A stretch of DNA of 64,000 nt from a virus (Duplodnaviria > Caudoviricetes). The stretch spans positions 52,844-116,843 of IMG/VR virus record IMGVR_UViG_3300048819_000142. The stretch is one strand, 5' to 3'. The notes under the pieces were generated by a model. That model was not told the DNA's origin and did not search any database. It saw only the letters and a list, made by a program, of their open reading frames with translations. The position numbers and the translations under genes were made by a program. Numbering within the stretch: position 1 is the first letter of the stretch; each line of letters starts with the position of its first letter. Of the stretch, positions 8,512 to 18,327 are shown one piece after another.

Positions 8512-10593
8512 CTAAGCCGCCAGTAGCAGTACTTCTTCCTTGGACTCACCCCAGCTCGGTCCTACCTTTGCATCGCAGACGACTGGGATTTCTAGGAGTA
8601 CGCACTCTTGCATAACCCGTTTGATAGTTCTTGCTTGCTCCATGTCATCGACTGATCCGCCAAGTTCATCGTGCACTTGTAAAGCAGGCACATATCCGTA
8701 ATCGTAGTAAAGGACTCGCATCGCCTCTTTCGTTTGGTCCGCGGCAGACCCCTGGATTAGTGCGTTCAGCGCCTTGTGAACGCCGTACCGTTGTAGTCTG
8801 CGCCCAGGCCATCGCTGCTCAGCCAAGTGACGCGGCAGACCTTGAACCTTGAACTGTCGTTCTTCCTTGGATTCGGGGATAGGTTCCCACAGGTTAAACC
8901 GGCGCTTTCTTTTCAGGAGTGTCAATATGAATCCACGATCCTGTGCAGTCGACATCGCCTTAGAAGACAGGGCCTTGACGAATGGCAGTGATGAGTGGTA
9001 AGCATTGAGAATTTCCTGACCCTCCTGTATCGATACACCGAGCATCCGACACAACTTCTGGATGCCCATCGAATACATGATGCCGAGGTTTACGCCCTTG
9101 ATTTGCTTGCGCTTAAATTGTTTACCAGACTTCTCATTGACGATGTCAGTGGTAAGTTGGTGGTAGTCGACCAAGGGGTTCGCCCTGAAAGCCCGAACCG
9201 CAATATCAGCTCCTGCGAGTTTGCAGAGGCTCGCAAAGTGCACAAGTAGGCGAGGTTCTTGCTGGGAATAATCTCCCTTGAAGTACTTCTTCCTCTCGCT
9301 TCCATACGGGTTGATCTTATCTGCGACGAAGAGTTTCCTGATTTCTTCTGCCCAGATGGGGCTATCCTTACCCCATAACTCGTCATCATGTCGGTTAGGG
9401 ACTTGCTGAAGGTTGGGATTCCTTGACGCCATGCGTCCGGATCTTGTTCCAGAATCATCTGCGCGAAGCTGCTGAAACTGGCAATGTAGTCTACCATTCG
9501 TGGACTCCTTGATGATGTCCCCGATGACGAAATCGTCCCGGAGCGTCATGAGCTTCTTCTTTTTCAGGACCATCCGAGAGAGTGGGTCCCTTTGCGCTCC
9601 GTACCACTCTGCTGTAAATGAAGCTTGCCCTCCAGGATGTTTCTCAGATGGCGCCGTATACTTGAAGTTGTTCGCAATGTTCAATTCCGGCATCTTGAAG
9701 TTCAGGACGTTGTACGCCTTGAGCATGTCCTTGCCAGAATCGACGTTGGGGTCGAACCCAACTAGTCGTTTGATCTCCATTGACAGCTTGTCAATTTCGA
9801 TCGTTAACTTCTCTACAAGCCCGTGCGCCTTATCGAGGTCTACGGCCACGCCGTTTATCCTCATCTTCAAGAGGATCGGTATTAGCGATGTCTCAAGCTT
9901 GAAGATGTCCCACAGGTTCTCCTTGTCAATGATCTTCGACTGGTGGTCTCGGAAAATTCGAAGTGGCCTGTCGACGTCGCCCTCACCGTAAGCACCCACA
10001 TATTCGGGTGGCATCATCCAAAGGTCTGACTTCGGGTCAAAGACGATTGGTCGCCTTGCCCTCTTGTCCTTATATCCCTTGGTATACCTGCCTGCTGCTT
10101 CCCTCAGTAACTCTTCGTCCTTACCGACGCCAAGATACTTGTTGGATAGCACCTCAACGGAGTAGCCGTCCGCTGTTTCCTCGTCGATGATTGGCTCTGC
10201 AATTTGGATATCGAAGCGTGTAACGTCGTCGTGAAACTTGACGTCTTCGAACCACAGTGCCTCCTCATCGTAGAGGAGGTTACCACCATACAGCTCTCCT
10301 CTAAAATGTTTGACTTGATCTTGTAACCAGGGAAAGACCACATTGGGCGCAAGGTTACACCCTTGTGCATGGCGCACTGGATAATACCCACGAAAACCCT
10401 CGGTAGCGATAGCTATCCCTACAACATAAGCGTCTCCACTAATGTATCCAGGACCTCGAGATGTAAGATGCGGATCCCTGGCTTCAATGTCTATCGACCA
10501 CCACTTCTCTCGAGAGATTTCAGGGAAAGAATCAGGTGGGCGCCATTCCGAGTTAGGAAGGAATTCGGGGAACGGTAGCTGTATGTTCGGCAA
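8512..10593 (-). CDS. Family A DNA polymerase with 3'-5' exonuclease
   Basis: DIE exonuclease motif; TRSGRMAS..PNLQQ, DYSQQEPR (motif A), K..NLGIMYSMG (motif B), QGSAAD, VHDEL (motif C). Confidence 0.95.
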   Translation of the reverse strand: MPNIQLPFPEFLPNSEWRPPDSFPEISREKWWSIDIEARDPHLTSRGPGYISGDAYVVGIAIATEGFRGYYPVRHAQGCNLAPNVVFPWLQDQVKHFRGELYGGNLLYDEEALWFEDVKFHDDVTRFDIQIAEPIIDEETADGYSVEVLSNKYLGVGKDEELLREAAGRYTKGYKDKRARRPIVFDPKSDLWMMPPEYVGAYGEGDVDRPLRIFRDHQSKIIDKENLWDIFKLETSLIPILLKMRINGVAVDLDKAHGLVEKLTIEIDKLSMEIKRLVGFDPNVDSGKDMLKAYNVLNFKMPELNIANNFKYTAPSEKHPGGQASFTAEWYGAQRDPLSRMVLKKKKLMTLRDDFVIGDIIKESTNGRLHCQFQQLRADDSGTRSGRMASRNPNLQQVPNRHDDELWGKDSPIWAEEIRKLFVADKINPYGSERKKYFKGDYSQQEPRLLVHFASLCKLAGADIAVRAFRANPLVDYHQLTTDIVNEKSGKQFKRKQIKGVNLGIMYSMGIQKLCRMLGVSIQEGQEILNAYHSSLPFVKALSSKAMSTAQDRGFILTLLKRKRRFNLWEPIPESKEERQFKVQGLPRHLAEQRWPGRRLQRYGVHKALNALIQGSAADQTKEAMRVLYYDYGYVPALQVHDELGGSVDDMEQARTIKRVMQECVLLEIPVVCDAKVGPSWGESKEEVLLLAA

Positions 10594-10747
10594 TCTCCCT
10601 CCTACTTTCGTTGTATAACTCGTCTCCCACGAACATCTCAGACCCTACACAACGAAGCCCACTACTCGCGTAGTGGGCCACGATGCTCTTGTTCTTCCTA
10701 ATGAAGACTGGCGCGCTGCAATAAGGGCAGGCGGCGGTTCGTACATG

Positions 10748-11290
10748 TTACCTTACTCCACTCGAAGCTAAGACGATGGTCTTCCAAGCGGGAACTTGGT
10801 CGATGCTAATGTCCTGCACCTGCTCCCAAGTCCTGTGGTCAGCTATCATTCCCGATCTCGTCGGGAGTAGCAACGACGTCTTCGTCCATAGCAGCTTAGC
10901 TTCCGGTTGCGAGTACTCCTCGAGGAACACTATACGACAGCAGGAGGTATGCAACAACTCCTTGACACAGGTGACGCAACAGCTTGTCGTTGTGTAACAC
11001 GTGTGGATTCTCATCCTGTCGGTACAGTGCGCCAAGGCGTTCTGCTCCGCGTGGTTTGCCCAGCAAGAATCGAGGCTCGTCCCAGACGGCGCATTAGCAC
11101 CAGGACACTTGGCGTTCTCATTATCCCTGCAATGATCCCACTTCGGTGGGACCCCGTTAAATCCAGTGGAGAGGATGTTTTTCCTCTCGTCCACCAATAC
11201 GCAGCCTACCTGCCTTCTTGAGCAGGTACCCATGGTTGCGCACTCCTTTGCAATGTTCAGGAAATGTTGATCCCAGCTAGGTCTCGCCAT
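10748..11290 (-). CDS. dCMP deaminase
   Basis: RPSWD..F, C.RRQVG, HAEQNA, C..C Zn site. Confidence 0.9.
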   Translation of the reverse strand: MARPSWDQHFLNIAKECATMGTCSRRQVGCVLVDERKNILSTGFNGVPPKWDHCRDNENAKCPGANAPSGTSLDSCWANHAEQNALAHCTDRMRIHTCYTTTSCCVTCVKELLHTSCCRIVFLEEYSQPEAKLLWTKTSLLLPTRSGMIADHRTWEQVQDISIDQVPAWKTIVLASSGVR

Positions 11291-11293
11291 ACG

Positions 11294-12244
11294 TCAGTCC
11301 TCCTTCAAGACGAATAGTGGGCCGCCGATTTCTCGAACCCACTCCGTCATCCCGTTTTCGTCAAGACCCTTCTTAGCCGCGCGATCGCACATCATGCCCC
11401 GCGCGTCCATCATATCAATCAGGTGAAAGATAACAGCTTCCTTCATAAGCGGCACTTTCGGGCTGCCGTATTCAAGCAGCCCATGGTGCGACGCAATCAT
11501 GTGAAGTATTGCGATCTTCATTTTCTGAGGGAAGCCTTCAATGCTGTCCATCTTCCGCGAGACCAGCTCCATGCCTATGGTTATGTGACCGAGGAGACTT
11601 CCCTCAAGGCTATAACCAATACCGATAGGGTATGTTAGTTCGAAGATCTTACCGAAATCGTGCAGCACGCAAGCTGCAATCATAATCTCACGGCTGACCT
11701 CGTAGTGGTCTGCTATAGGTATTGCTACCTGTGCCATGGAAAGCACGTGTTCCAGCAAACCGCCAAGGTACGCGTGGTGAATTGATTTTGCCGCAGGAGC
11801 CTGGCAGAACTTTTCCCGGTGCTCCTCAAGCAAGGAGAATAACAAGGTCCTGGTTGGCCCATCTCGCATGTTTATCGCTATCAGGTCATATAGCACGCCA
11901 AACATCTCCTGGGGATCCCGTTCAGACCTCTCAAAGAAATCGCCCAGGTCGATAGCATCATCATCTTTGACAAGCCTTATCACCTCGATCGACAGTTGCA
12001 CGACGTCGTTCCACTCACCGACGTTCGCCTTGATCTTGACGAATGAGCCCTTCTTGATGGTGGTCGGGTCAAATCCTTTCGGATAATCCCACACACGGCC
12101 ATCGATGATGCCGGTCTTGTCCTGCAGCTTAAGGCAAAGGTAGGGCTTGTCCTTCTTGGACTTGCGCTCCTGGGGAGTTTCCGACACAAAGAAAAACGTC
12201 GTCGTATTTTCGTTCACGACGAGTTCTGATGCCATTGGCTTCAT
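11294..12244 (-). CDS. yhaM: OB-fold + HD-domain 3'-5' exoribonuclease (YhaM/Cbf1-like)
   Basis: LQDKTG.I...W OB fold; PAA.SIHH...GGLLEH, LHDFGK, GHI, SHHG..EYGSP. Confidence 0.85.
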   Translation of the reverse strand: MKPMASELVVNENTTTFFFVSETPQERKSKKDKPYLCLKLQDKTGIIDGRVWDYPKGFDPTTIKKGSFVKIKANVGEWNDVVQLSIEVIRLVKDDDAIDLGDFFERSERDPQEMFGVLYDLIAINMRDGPTRTLLFSLLEEHREKFCQAPAAKSIHHAYLGGLLEHVLSMAQVAIPIADHYEVSREIMIAACVLHDFGKIFELTYPIGIGYSLEGSLLGHITIGMELVSRKMDSIEGFPQKMKIAILHMIASHHGLLEYGSPKVPLMKEAVIFHLIDMMDARGMMCDRAAKKGLDENGMTEWVREIGGPLFVLKED

Positions 12245-13170
12245 ACCCTGCGAGCCCCCTGGAACTCTGACAAAAAGCCAGTAAGCCGTCCCTCACCGTC
12301 CTTGCAATACGAAAGATGTAGCAGCAAGTCGCTCGCCTTTTCGTATTCGTCGAGATTGACCGGGGAGTACGAGGCAGGCTTGTGGGTGTCTCCTGCCAAC
12401 GCGTTAGCCACGTCATCGAGTGAGTAAGGAATGTTGGTTGCGCCGTCCTGCTTGGGGTGGACGTACAAGTGTTGACTTGCGGCTGTTAGGTGGAGTGAGC
12501 CAAGCCTCAGATTTTCGAGCGGTCTAACCAGCTCGTATGCGGCGTGATCTTTGTTGCGAGCTCGCACTCGATCCCTTAACATGAGTGCCACGTACGCGCT
12601 GAGCATGCTGAAATTGAATACGTCATACGGCCACCCAAGCCACGTGTCTGAGCTACGCATGGTGTCAAAACAATGCAGCCTAAACGTTTCCAAGCCAGCT
12701 CCATCCACATGTCGACGAACCATCCACTGAACAGACACGGTACAGGGGATGTCCTTCGACGGCCTTGGGTTGGGTCGCCAGATCTCCAGTACTGCTTGTC
12801 GTGATTCCCAATCGCCCTCGAGCGTGTCGACAATGAAGCGAAGCTGATCAATGATCCTTGGCCCGTATGCCCCATCGAACCTAACACCATCATTTGAGAA
12901 GGATGCGATATGGGGGCTGTACGGCTTGATGGACTCGACATCATTTCGCCCAGTAAGTATCCACCAAGCCTCTGCTGTGAGGAACTTGTAGCCTAGCTTG
13001 GGTCGGGCCGTCACGATCGGATGGTTCATGTCGACAACAGAGGTATTGGCCAGTATCTCTCGACAGGTTAAACCACGAGGTTTCACCTCGGCGCCCCAGT
13101 CGTATACGTCCCGAAGCAGCCCCAGCCATGCAGCATTAGCTGTTGGTCCAGTGTGTCCTTGTTTAAGCAC
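12241..13170 (-). CDS. Thymidylate-synthase homologue, probable dCMP hydroxymethylase/methylase
   Basis: AYGPR, SRQAV, DIPCT (catalytic Cys), MRSSD.WLG.PYD (Asp at the dUMP/dCMP specificity position), HLY; probable GTG start at 13170. Confidence 0.75.
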   Translation of the reverse strand: MLKQGHTGPTANAAWLGLLRDVYDWGAEVKPRGLTCREILANTSVVDMNHPIVTARPKLGYKFLTAEAWWILTGRNDVESIKPYSPHIASFSNDGVRFDGAYGPRIIDQLRFIVDTLEGDWESRQAVLEIWRPNPRPSKDIPCTVSVQWMVRRHVDGAGLETFRLHCFDTMRSSDTWLGWPYDVFNFSMLSAYVALMLRDRVRARNKDHAAYELVRPLENLRLGSLHLTAASQHLYVHPKQDGATNIPYSLDDVANALAGDTHKPASYSPVNLDEYEKASDLLLHLSYCKDGEGRLTGFLSEFQGARRV

Positions 13171-13816
13171 GTGAGTCTCCTGGCAGCTTCCCGGTCCTTG
13201 CAAGAGCGTAGTAGATCGCCTGTTCTACTTGCGACCAAATTTGGTCAGGCGTCTTCCCGTCAATGTTGATGGGATGCCATTCAGGATTCCCAGCAAACTG
13301 GTCAACGTAGGCGTTCTGGATTTTCTCGAGAATCTGCTGATCATTCCAAGCCTTGGCAGACTGGTGCGTTTCGCTCTCCCTTGCCCTCGCTCGACCAAGC
13401 ACGACCTCTGCACTGCCGTATAGGAAGATCAAGAGGTCACAATTGCGACCGTGAGCTTGCATGTAGGCATTTGCAATTGGCTCAGGAACTTGCCTTTGCG
13501 TCATGTAAGCGGCTTGGCTATACCACCAACGGTCACTCACCACAACTTTTCCTGCGTCAAGCGCAGGCTTGACCACTGTCTGCCAATTCTGTAGGTGGGA
13601 CGCAAGGAAGATGAGGTCAACTACTCCAGGCATCATCTCGGTCGTTGGCACTTCTTCGTACATCACTCGTCGCAGAGCGAGTCCGAGTTTCGTTCCGCCA
13701 GGATCCTTGCTTTGGACGACAACATCCTTGCCCAGCAAGTTCTCGAGGTACTCAATCGCCCGTGTTATCTGGGTTCCTTTCCCTGTGCCGTCAATTCCTT
13801 CGAAGACGATGAACAT
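13163..13816 (-). CDS. tmk: Thymidylate (dNMP) kinase
   Basis: FIVFEGIDGTGKGTQ, DPGGT.LG, VVSDRW..S..AY. Confidence 0.88.
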   Translation of the reverse strand: MFIVFEGIDGTGKGTQITRAIEYLENLLGKDVVVQSKDPGGTKLGLALRRVMYEEVPTTEMMPGVVDLIFLASHLQNWQTVVKPALDAGKVVVSDRWWYSQAAYMTQRQVPEPIANAYMQAHGRNCDLLIFLYGSAEVVLGRARARESETHQSAKAWNDQQILEKIQNAYVDQFAGNPEWHPINIDGKTPDQIWSQVEQAIYYALARTGKLPGDSRA

Positions 13817-13818
13817 TG

Positions 13819-14016
13819 TTAGATCAGTACCTCCCCCGCAAATACCAGGTTCACCCTGAAGATGCTCAGTGGGCCGTGCTCCCGCTGAAGTTCCTGCCTG
13901 ACAGTAACCGCCTTATCAAACTCCTCGAACATCATGATGGCTCCATCGTCGTTACCGACGGGTTTGCCGGGGGTTCCGTCAGGTAGTTTCTGCGCGATGA
14001 AAAATCCTTGGTTCAC
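13819..14016 (-). CDS. Small hypothetical protein
   Basis: Tightly packed ORF with GAGG RBS. Confidence 0.55.
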   Translation of the reverse strand: MNQGFFIAQKLPDGTPGKPVGNDDGAIMMFEEFDKAVTVRQELQREHGPLSIFRVNLVFAGEVLI

Positions 14017-14079
14017 TTCGATTACCTCGATTCAGACTCGGGCCCCATGCCTCAAAAATGAGCCATTTCTCCCTTATCC

Positions 14080-14111
14080 ATTGTATCACAGAATTTGTGT
14101 TGGGTGTTCGG
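14080..14111 (-). promoter_or_regulatory. Phage CCG-(-10) promoter (1-bp longer spacer)
   Basis: CCGAACACCCAACACAAATTCTGTGA-TACAAT. Confidence 0.6.
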
Positions 14112-14117
14112 GAAAGA

Positions 14118-14909
14118 TTAAATCTTGCTATATCTCGGTTTCCACTGGTTGATGCCGTCGACCATCTCCTTTGAGAAGTCCTGGAAGACGTACGGGTGAC
14201 GGGGGATGAGCAGTTCGCAAAGCATGTCGATTGCGAGCCTGAGCTCAACCTCGGCAACTCCCTCGGTCCTCTTCTCGAAGATGTGTCGAAGTGCTCGCGT
14301 ATTGAATGTTGCCACAATACCGGTGGCAAGACCTTCGGGAGCGATGCGTCGAAATGCTGATGTGAGTTTTTTCTTCTCCGAGAAGTCACCTTCCAAAGCT
14401 TCATGGAAAATGCTTTCCAGCTTATGCTGGCAGTTCTCGAGATACTCAACTGCCTCACGGAACAAGGCATTCGCTTCCTCGTTCGAAGCAATCTCAGGAG
14501 GAGTCCAGAACCCAAGCTCCGTCAGTCGGACATATCGCAAAGATTCCTGGCTGTATGCCGCACCAGCACGGTGTCGCACAAGTTCGTGCGTGAACACTCG
14601 GCTGACGAACTCAAAGGCCACAGTAAAGTTGGCATGTTCCGTAACGGATCCATGCGCAACCTTCAGGATGTTCTCGTGGTACTGCCCACTGTGCTCGCGG
14701 ATCCTGGTGACGTTCGGGTTGAGGCCAACTTCAAAGCTCTTGTAGCATCTCCTTGCAGCGAGCTCGACAACCTTCTCTGCGTCTGAACCAGTCATGCGGC
14801 CCATGACCTTCATTGGATCGGCGCCATTCGCCCGAAGCCAGGACCAAACTCCTTCTTCGTTCAGCTTGGGCTCAGCGAGGATGAACACTTGCGGCTTTAC
14901 ATCAATCAT
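14118..14909 (-). CDS. thyX: Flavin-dependent thymidylate synthase
   Basis: H.SV.EH, SR...HELVRHR...YSQESLRY signature. Confidence 0.93.
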   Translation of the reverse strand: MIDVKPQVFILAEPKLNEEGVWSWLRANGADPMKVMGRMTGSDAEKVVELAARRCYKSFEVGLNPNVTRIREHSGQYHENILKVAHGSVTEHANFTVAFEFVSRVFTHELVRHRAGAAYSQESLRYVRLTELGFWTPPEIASNEEANALFREAVEYLENCQHKLESIFHEALEGDFSEKKKLTSAFRRIAPEGLATGIVATFNTRALRHIFEKRTEGVAEVELRLAIDMLCELLIPRHPYVFQDFSKEMVDGINQWKPRYSKI

Positions 14910-15318
14910 TGCTTTTCTCCAGTTGTTTCTTAACTTCCCTTGCGGCTGCTTCCTCGATTGCGAGCTTCAAGTTCGTGCTCTTGCCGACAGCCTCGTTAGA
15001 CGGATCATCAAGATTTCCGTGGCCCACGTGCCATATCTTTGATCGCCCACGAACGACGGGCTTTACAGAAAACCCATGAGAGATAAGCAAGTCCTCGACT
15101 CGTCGCTTCTTCAGTTTGAATGGCTTCTGCAGCTGTCTTAACGAGACAGCCTTGGTAAGCAGTATTACTTCATCAGGGTGGTACCTGTTTGCCACTGCGA
15201 TAGCATCGCGTATAGCCGCAACCATCTTGAGGTAACGTGGCTTCGTGATGTCGAACTGGTTAAATATCGCGTTGTTGATTTCGCGAAGATCATCGACGTC
15301 GAGGAAATGCTTATCCAT
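14902..15318 (-). CDS. Hypothetical protein
   Basis: Packed ORF in operon context. Confidence 0.55.
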   Translation of the reverse strand: MDKHFLDVDDLREINNAIFNQFDITKPRYLKMVAAIRDAIAVANRYHPDEVILLTKAVSLRQLQKPFKLKKRRVEDLLISHGFSVKPVVRGRSKIWHVGHGNLDDPSNEAVGKSTNLKLAIEEAAAREVKKQLEKSND

Positions 15319-15575
15319 TGGTTATTCCTTTCCAGCGATCACCATGCGGACATCATCGAAGCTGGTAAACCCTAGCCTCCTGATTGCCCACGTGAGCATA
15401 TAACCAGCGACCGAAAATTGGTTCTGGGTGGCAGTGCACCCTCCTAACATCCCGCCGTCCGTGCCCTCGCAGATGACGAGGAGGGAGATGATTTCTCCCT
15501 CCTCTACCCGACGTTTGAAGTCGTCGAGTAGCTGAATCGCCTGGTCGTATTCCTTTACGTTAAGGTCCTTAAGCG

Positions 15576-16052
15576 TCATGCTCGTGCGAATAACGCGGCC
15601 TCGTCCGCGCGCCTCTTGATGAGGCCAGCCATGACTTTGCCGCCGCTCTTGTTCCATTTTCCGAATTCAGAGTGCGCCTGAACAAAGTTTCCAGCGTTCA
15701 CGCATTTGAGCAGGGTGCTGCCGATGAAATTAGCGAGCCCTACGTTATACGTGAAGCAGCACAACGCGTCGAACTGGTTCTGGTTCAAACTGATCTCAGA
15801 GCTGACGTGGTCGGAAACAGCCTTCTCGGCCCACATCACGTCGTGATCGAGCAGCGTCACAGCTTGCTCCTTGGTGATGACCATGCCCGGTACGACGTTC
15901 GGCCCCGTATGCCCATACCCGATCGTTATCTTTCCGATGCAAGTCCCGCCGACCTCGACAGACTCCCCTGTCGCGTCGTCATATGCCTTCAATCGAAGGC
16001 CCTCGTCTGTTTCGAGTAGGGAGAGTCCTATGTCGCTGATTTCTGTGATCAT
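15576..16052 (-). CDS. Phage lysozyme (GH24 muramidase)
   Basis: EGLRLKAY.D...TIGYGH, NQNQFDAL..F.YNVG, GL.KRR..E..LF. Confidence 0.92.
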   Translation of the reverse strand: MITEISDIGLSLLETDEGLRLKAYDDATGESVEVGGTCIGKITIGYGHTGPNVVPGMVITKEQAVTLLDHDVMWAEKAVSDHVSSEISLNQNQFDALCCFTYNVGLANFIGSTLLKCVNAGNFVQAHSEFGKWNKSGGKVMAGLIKRRADEAALFARA

Positions 16053-16360
16053 GATTCCCTTTGCACGTAGTGTTCACCGAGCTTAGCTCTCATGCGCTTC
16101 GCGCCTTCTGCATTGCTCGAATGTATTGCGACGCCCTTAGCGGGCCACTTGTTGTTCTCCTCCATCCAGAGGATAACACCCATACCAGTTCGACGATTTT
16201 CCCAGTCGTCTGACGTTACTCCCGGGTCCCAGTGCACATCGTAATCGAGGGAGGCAAACTCACAATCGTTAGCCTCCAAGATCTTGATCGCTTGTCCGAC
16301 GGTCTTGGCTGAGCAAAAACCGGTAGGAGCACTGCGCATGTCGTCGAGCCAGAGCTTCAC
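16049..16360 (-). CDS. Cyclic-phosphate-processing receiver-like domain protein
   Basis: KLWLDD.R..P, SLDYD, TG..V..W, IHSSN..G..RM. Confidence 0.7.
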   Translation of the reverse strand: MKLWLDDMRSAPTGFCSAKTVGQAIKILEANDCEFASLDYDVHWDPGVTSDDWENRRTGMGVILWMEENNKWPAKGVAIHSSNAEGAKRMRAKLGEHYVQRES

Positions 16361-16554
16361 TTTACTTTCTCCGTGTAGATCCTTTCAAGGATCTCTTCCT
16401 GCTTCTCAGACAGCCCACGCACACTCTCGAACTGGTCTGTGATTGACTCCATGAAGTGGAGTTCCCAGTCGGTTAGTCCACGACCACCCTTGTTCACGTC
16501 CTTAATCCACTGCTGGATGACCTCACGCGTCGGGCGCTTTGTCTTCTCCGCCAC
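16357..16554 (-). CDS. Small hypothetical protein (LTDWE..F..S...LSEKQ..IL.RIY)
   Basis: GAGGAGG RBS 6 nt before GTG at 16554. Confidence 0.6.
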   Translation of the reverse strand: MAEKTKRPTREVIQQWIKDVNKGGRGLTDWELHFMESITDQFESVRGLSEKQEEILERIYTEKVK

Positions 16555-17287
16555 TGGGCGCCTCCTCGATGAGGCCACCACAGATTTCGCAGTAGCTCTT
16601 GTCCGCGTGCCGAATAATCTTCTTGTACGGCCCTCCAGGTTCCTGGCATCCGCAAGGATTTCCGTCTGGCCCAAGGAGGTCGGCCAAGACCGGGGGTTTC
16701 CACCCAGCAGGCTTGACAATGTCTGCAGAGTGCTTGCGAGTTGACCTCGAGTCATCTGCTCCCGTGGCACGCTCCTTTGCCATGTTGGCTTCCTGCACGC
16801 GGTCCCAACCCTTGTTGAATGGAAAGCGATGCAGGAAAGCTGTGCCGAGCGCCACATAGACGAGGTCGATCAAACCGTCAAATGCCTTCTCAGAATCGAA
16901 TTCGTCCTCGGTCGACATCGTCGTGTGGCCGCTTTCATCGAGGTAAATTATCGGTTGACCAACCGCCCTCGCGTATTCCTGTAACTCCTCGATCATGAAC
17001 TTGATGCGGAATTGCAGGAGATCCTTTGGCAGGCGATGCCCGGGGTCGCTGCTTGGTTCGAGGCCGAACTTGCCGTGGAAACGACCGATGTCGCGAAACA
17101 GCTGGCCTGGGACAGCCTCGATCATTCCGAATAGCATGTGCCTGACCTGCTGCTGTACTTGATTCGACGCATCAGCATTCATCTGCTGAATGACCTTTGC
17201 CTCGACTGAGTTGGGGTTCTTCGCCCTCTGCATGAATTGATCAAAGGCAGGAGTTCCTGCCCTGGGCATTATCAGCGGTGAATCCAT
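16523..17287 (-). CDS. All-alpha NTP pyrophosphatase (MazG/PRA-PH-like)
   Basis: EELQEY, DGLIDLVYVALG, V.EANMAK, KP.GW.PP. Confidence 0.8.
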   Translation of the reverse strand: MDSPLIMPRAGTPAFDQFMQRAKNPNSVEAKVIQQMNADASNQVQQQVRHMLFGMIEAVPGQLFRDIGRFHGKFGLEPSSDPGHRLPKDLLQFRIKFMIEELQEYARAVGQPIIYLDESGHTTMSTEDEFDSEKAFDGLIDLVYVALGTAFLHRFPFNKGWDRVQEANMAKERATGADDSRSTRKHSADIVKPAGWKPPVLADLLGPDGNPCGCQEPGGPYKKIIRHADKSYCEICGGLIEEAPSGGEDKAPDA

Positions 17288-17288
17288 G

Positions 17289-17822
17289 TTACCGGTTATC
17301 TCCTTCTCCACGCATCTTCCCGCGTTCACGACGGGAGTTAAGTTTTGCGACATTCGCTTCGGATGCTTTCATCAGCGATGTGTCGCAGGAATTCGCGAAA
17401 TTTCCGAGCCACACAAGCGCCCAGAACAAACGATCGTTAATGCTCGTGAGCATGAACATGACTGAGTCGGTGTCACTCGCGGCGAGCAAACCAACCTTTC
17501 CGCAAAGCTCCAGCGTCGTGTAACTCAGCTTGAGCTTGTGGTCCTGGATGTGGTCGCTCACTTGCTTCCAGTCGATTGTGTAGTCGATGACGTGGGAAAG
17601 CTTAATGAGGTAGTAGAGTACGTCACCGATCTCATTGGAGATCTCCTCCGTATTGAGCGTGAACTTGGTATCGCCGCGAAAGTATTTCTTTATCTTCTCG
17701 GCGATCTCGCCAGTCTCCCCGAAAATTGCCAAGGTCACGTATTCGGCCTCAGGCATGTCGGCGTGCTCGCTGGGATCGTAGAACCAGAACTCATCTACAA
17801 ATTTTTCATAAGCTTTAAGCAT
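17289..17822 (-). CDS. MazG-like nucleotide pyrophosphohydrolase
   Basis: GETGEIAEKIKK, EIGDVLYY, N..KL..R..RG...G.GDNR. Confidence 0.85.
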   Translation of the reverse strand: MLKAYEKFVDEFWFYDPSEHADMPEAEYVTLAIFGETGEIAEKIKKYFRGDTKFTLNTEEISNEIGDVLYYLIKLSHVIDYTIDWKQVSDHIQDHKLKLSYTTLELCGKVGLLAASDTDSVMFMLTSINDRLFWALVWLGNFANSCDTSLMKASEANVAKLNSRRERGKMRGEGDNR

Positions 17823-18327
17823 CTTCTCCCTCCAGCATGTTCCCGACTTTTCTCTGGGACTGAAGCCACGGGATCAGGCCTCCAGTTCCGAGGGTCCACC
17901 TGACCGTGGACGTCCAGAAGAAGACGTTTGGTCGGCCGCCAACTGCGACGATGTTAGTTTTGCCGGCGCCGAGGAAGCAGCCGAGTTCAACGTGGTATCC
18001 ACCGGATGTGGAGGGTTTGTCGCAGAGGATAACGAGGGTGTCTGCGGCCCTGACATCTTCCAGATCCATCTCTCCCCATTTTTCCTCAAAGGCTTTCCAG
18101 GACTCCCACTCGCCCGGACTGGGTTTCTGTGCGAAATTCGTCTTGATCCAGCGGCTTGTCACGATGAAACCAGCGTCCTGTAGAGCCATCGCGAATATTA
18201 GCGCCTCTAGCTGGGAGGTGAGCGGCGCCGCTAGGTAGACCTTGTGCGGCGCTGATTCGAACGGCCACAACCGATCGTCGATCTGAGACAAACCCCTGTT
18301 ACTGAGCGACTGCGACGGGCTGGCCAT
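17815..18327 (-). CDS. Nucleoside 2-deoxyribosyltransferase-like protein
   Basis: VYLAAP, DLEDV..AD.LV, G..VELG. Confidence 0.7.
   Translation of the reverse strand: MASPSQSLSNRGLSQIDDRLWPFESAPHKVYLAAPLTSQLEALIFAMALQDAGFIVTSRWIKTNFAQKPSPGEWESWKAFEEKWGEMDLEDVRAADTLVILCDKPSTSGGYHVELGCFLGAGKTNIVAVGGRPNVFFWTSTVRWTLGTGGLIPWLQSQRKVGNMLEGEDA

Noticed and set aside
12241-13170. Canonical thyA
   Set aside because: Asp replaces the dUMP-specifying Asn, and a ThyX is encoded nearby
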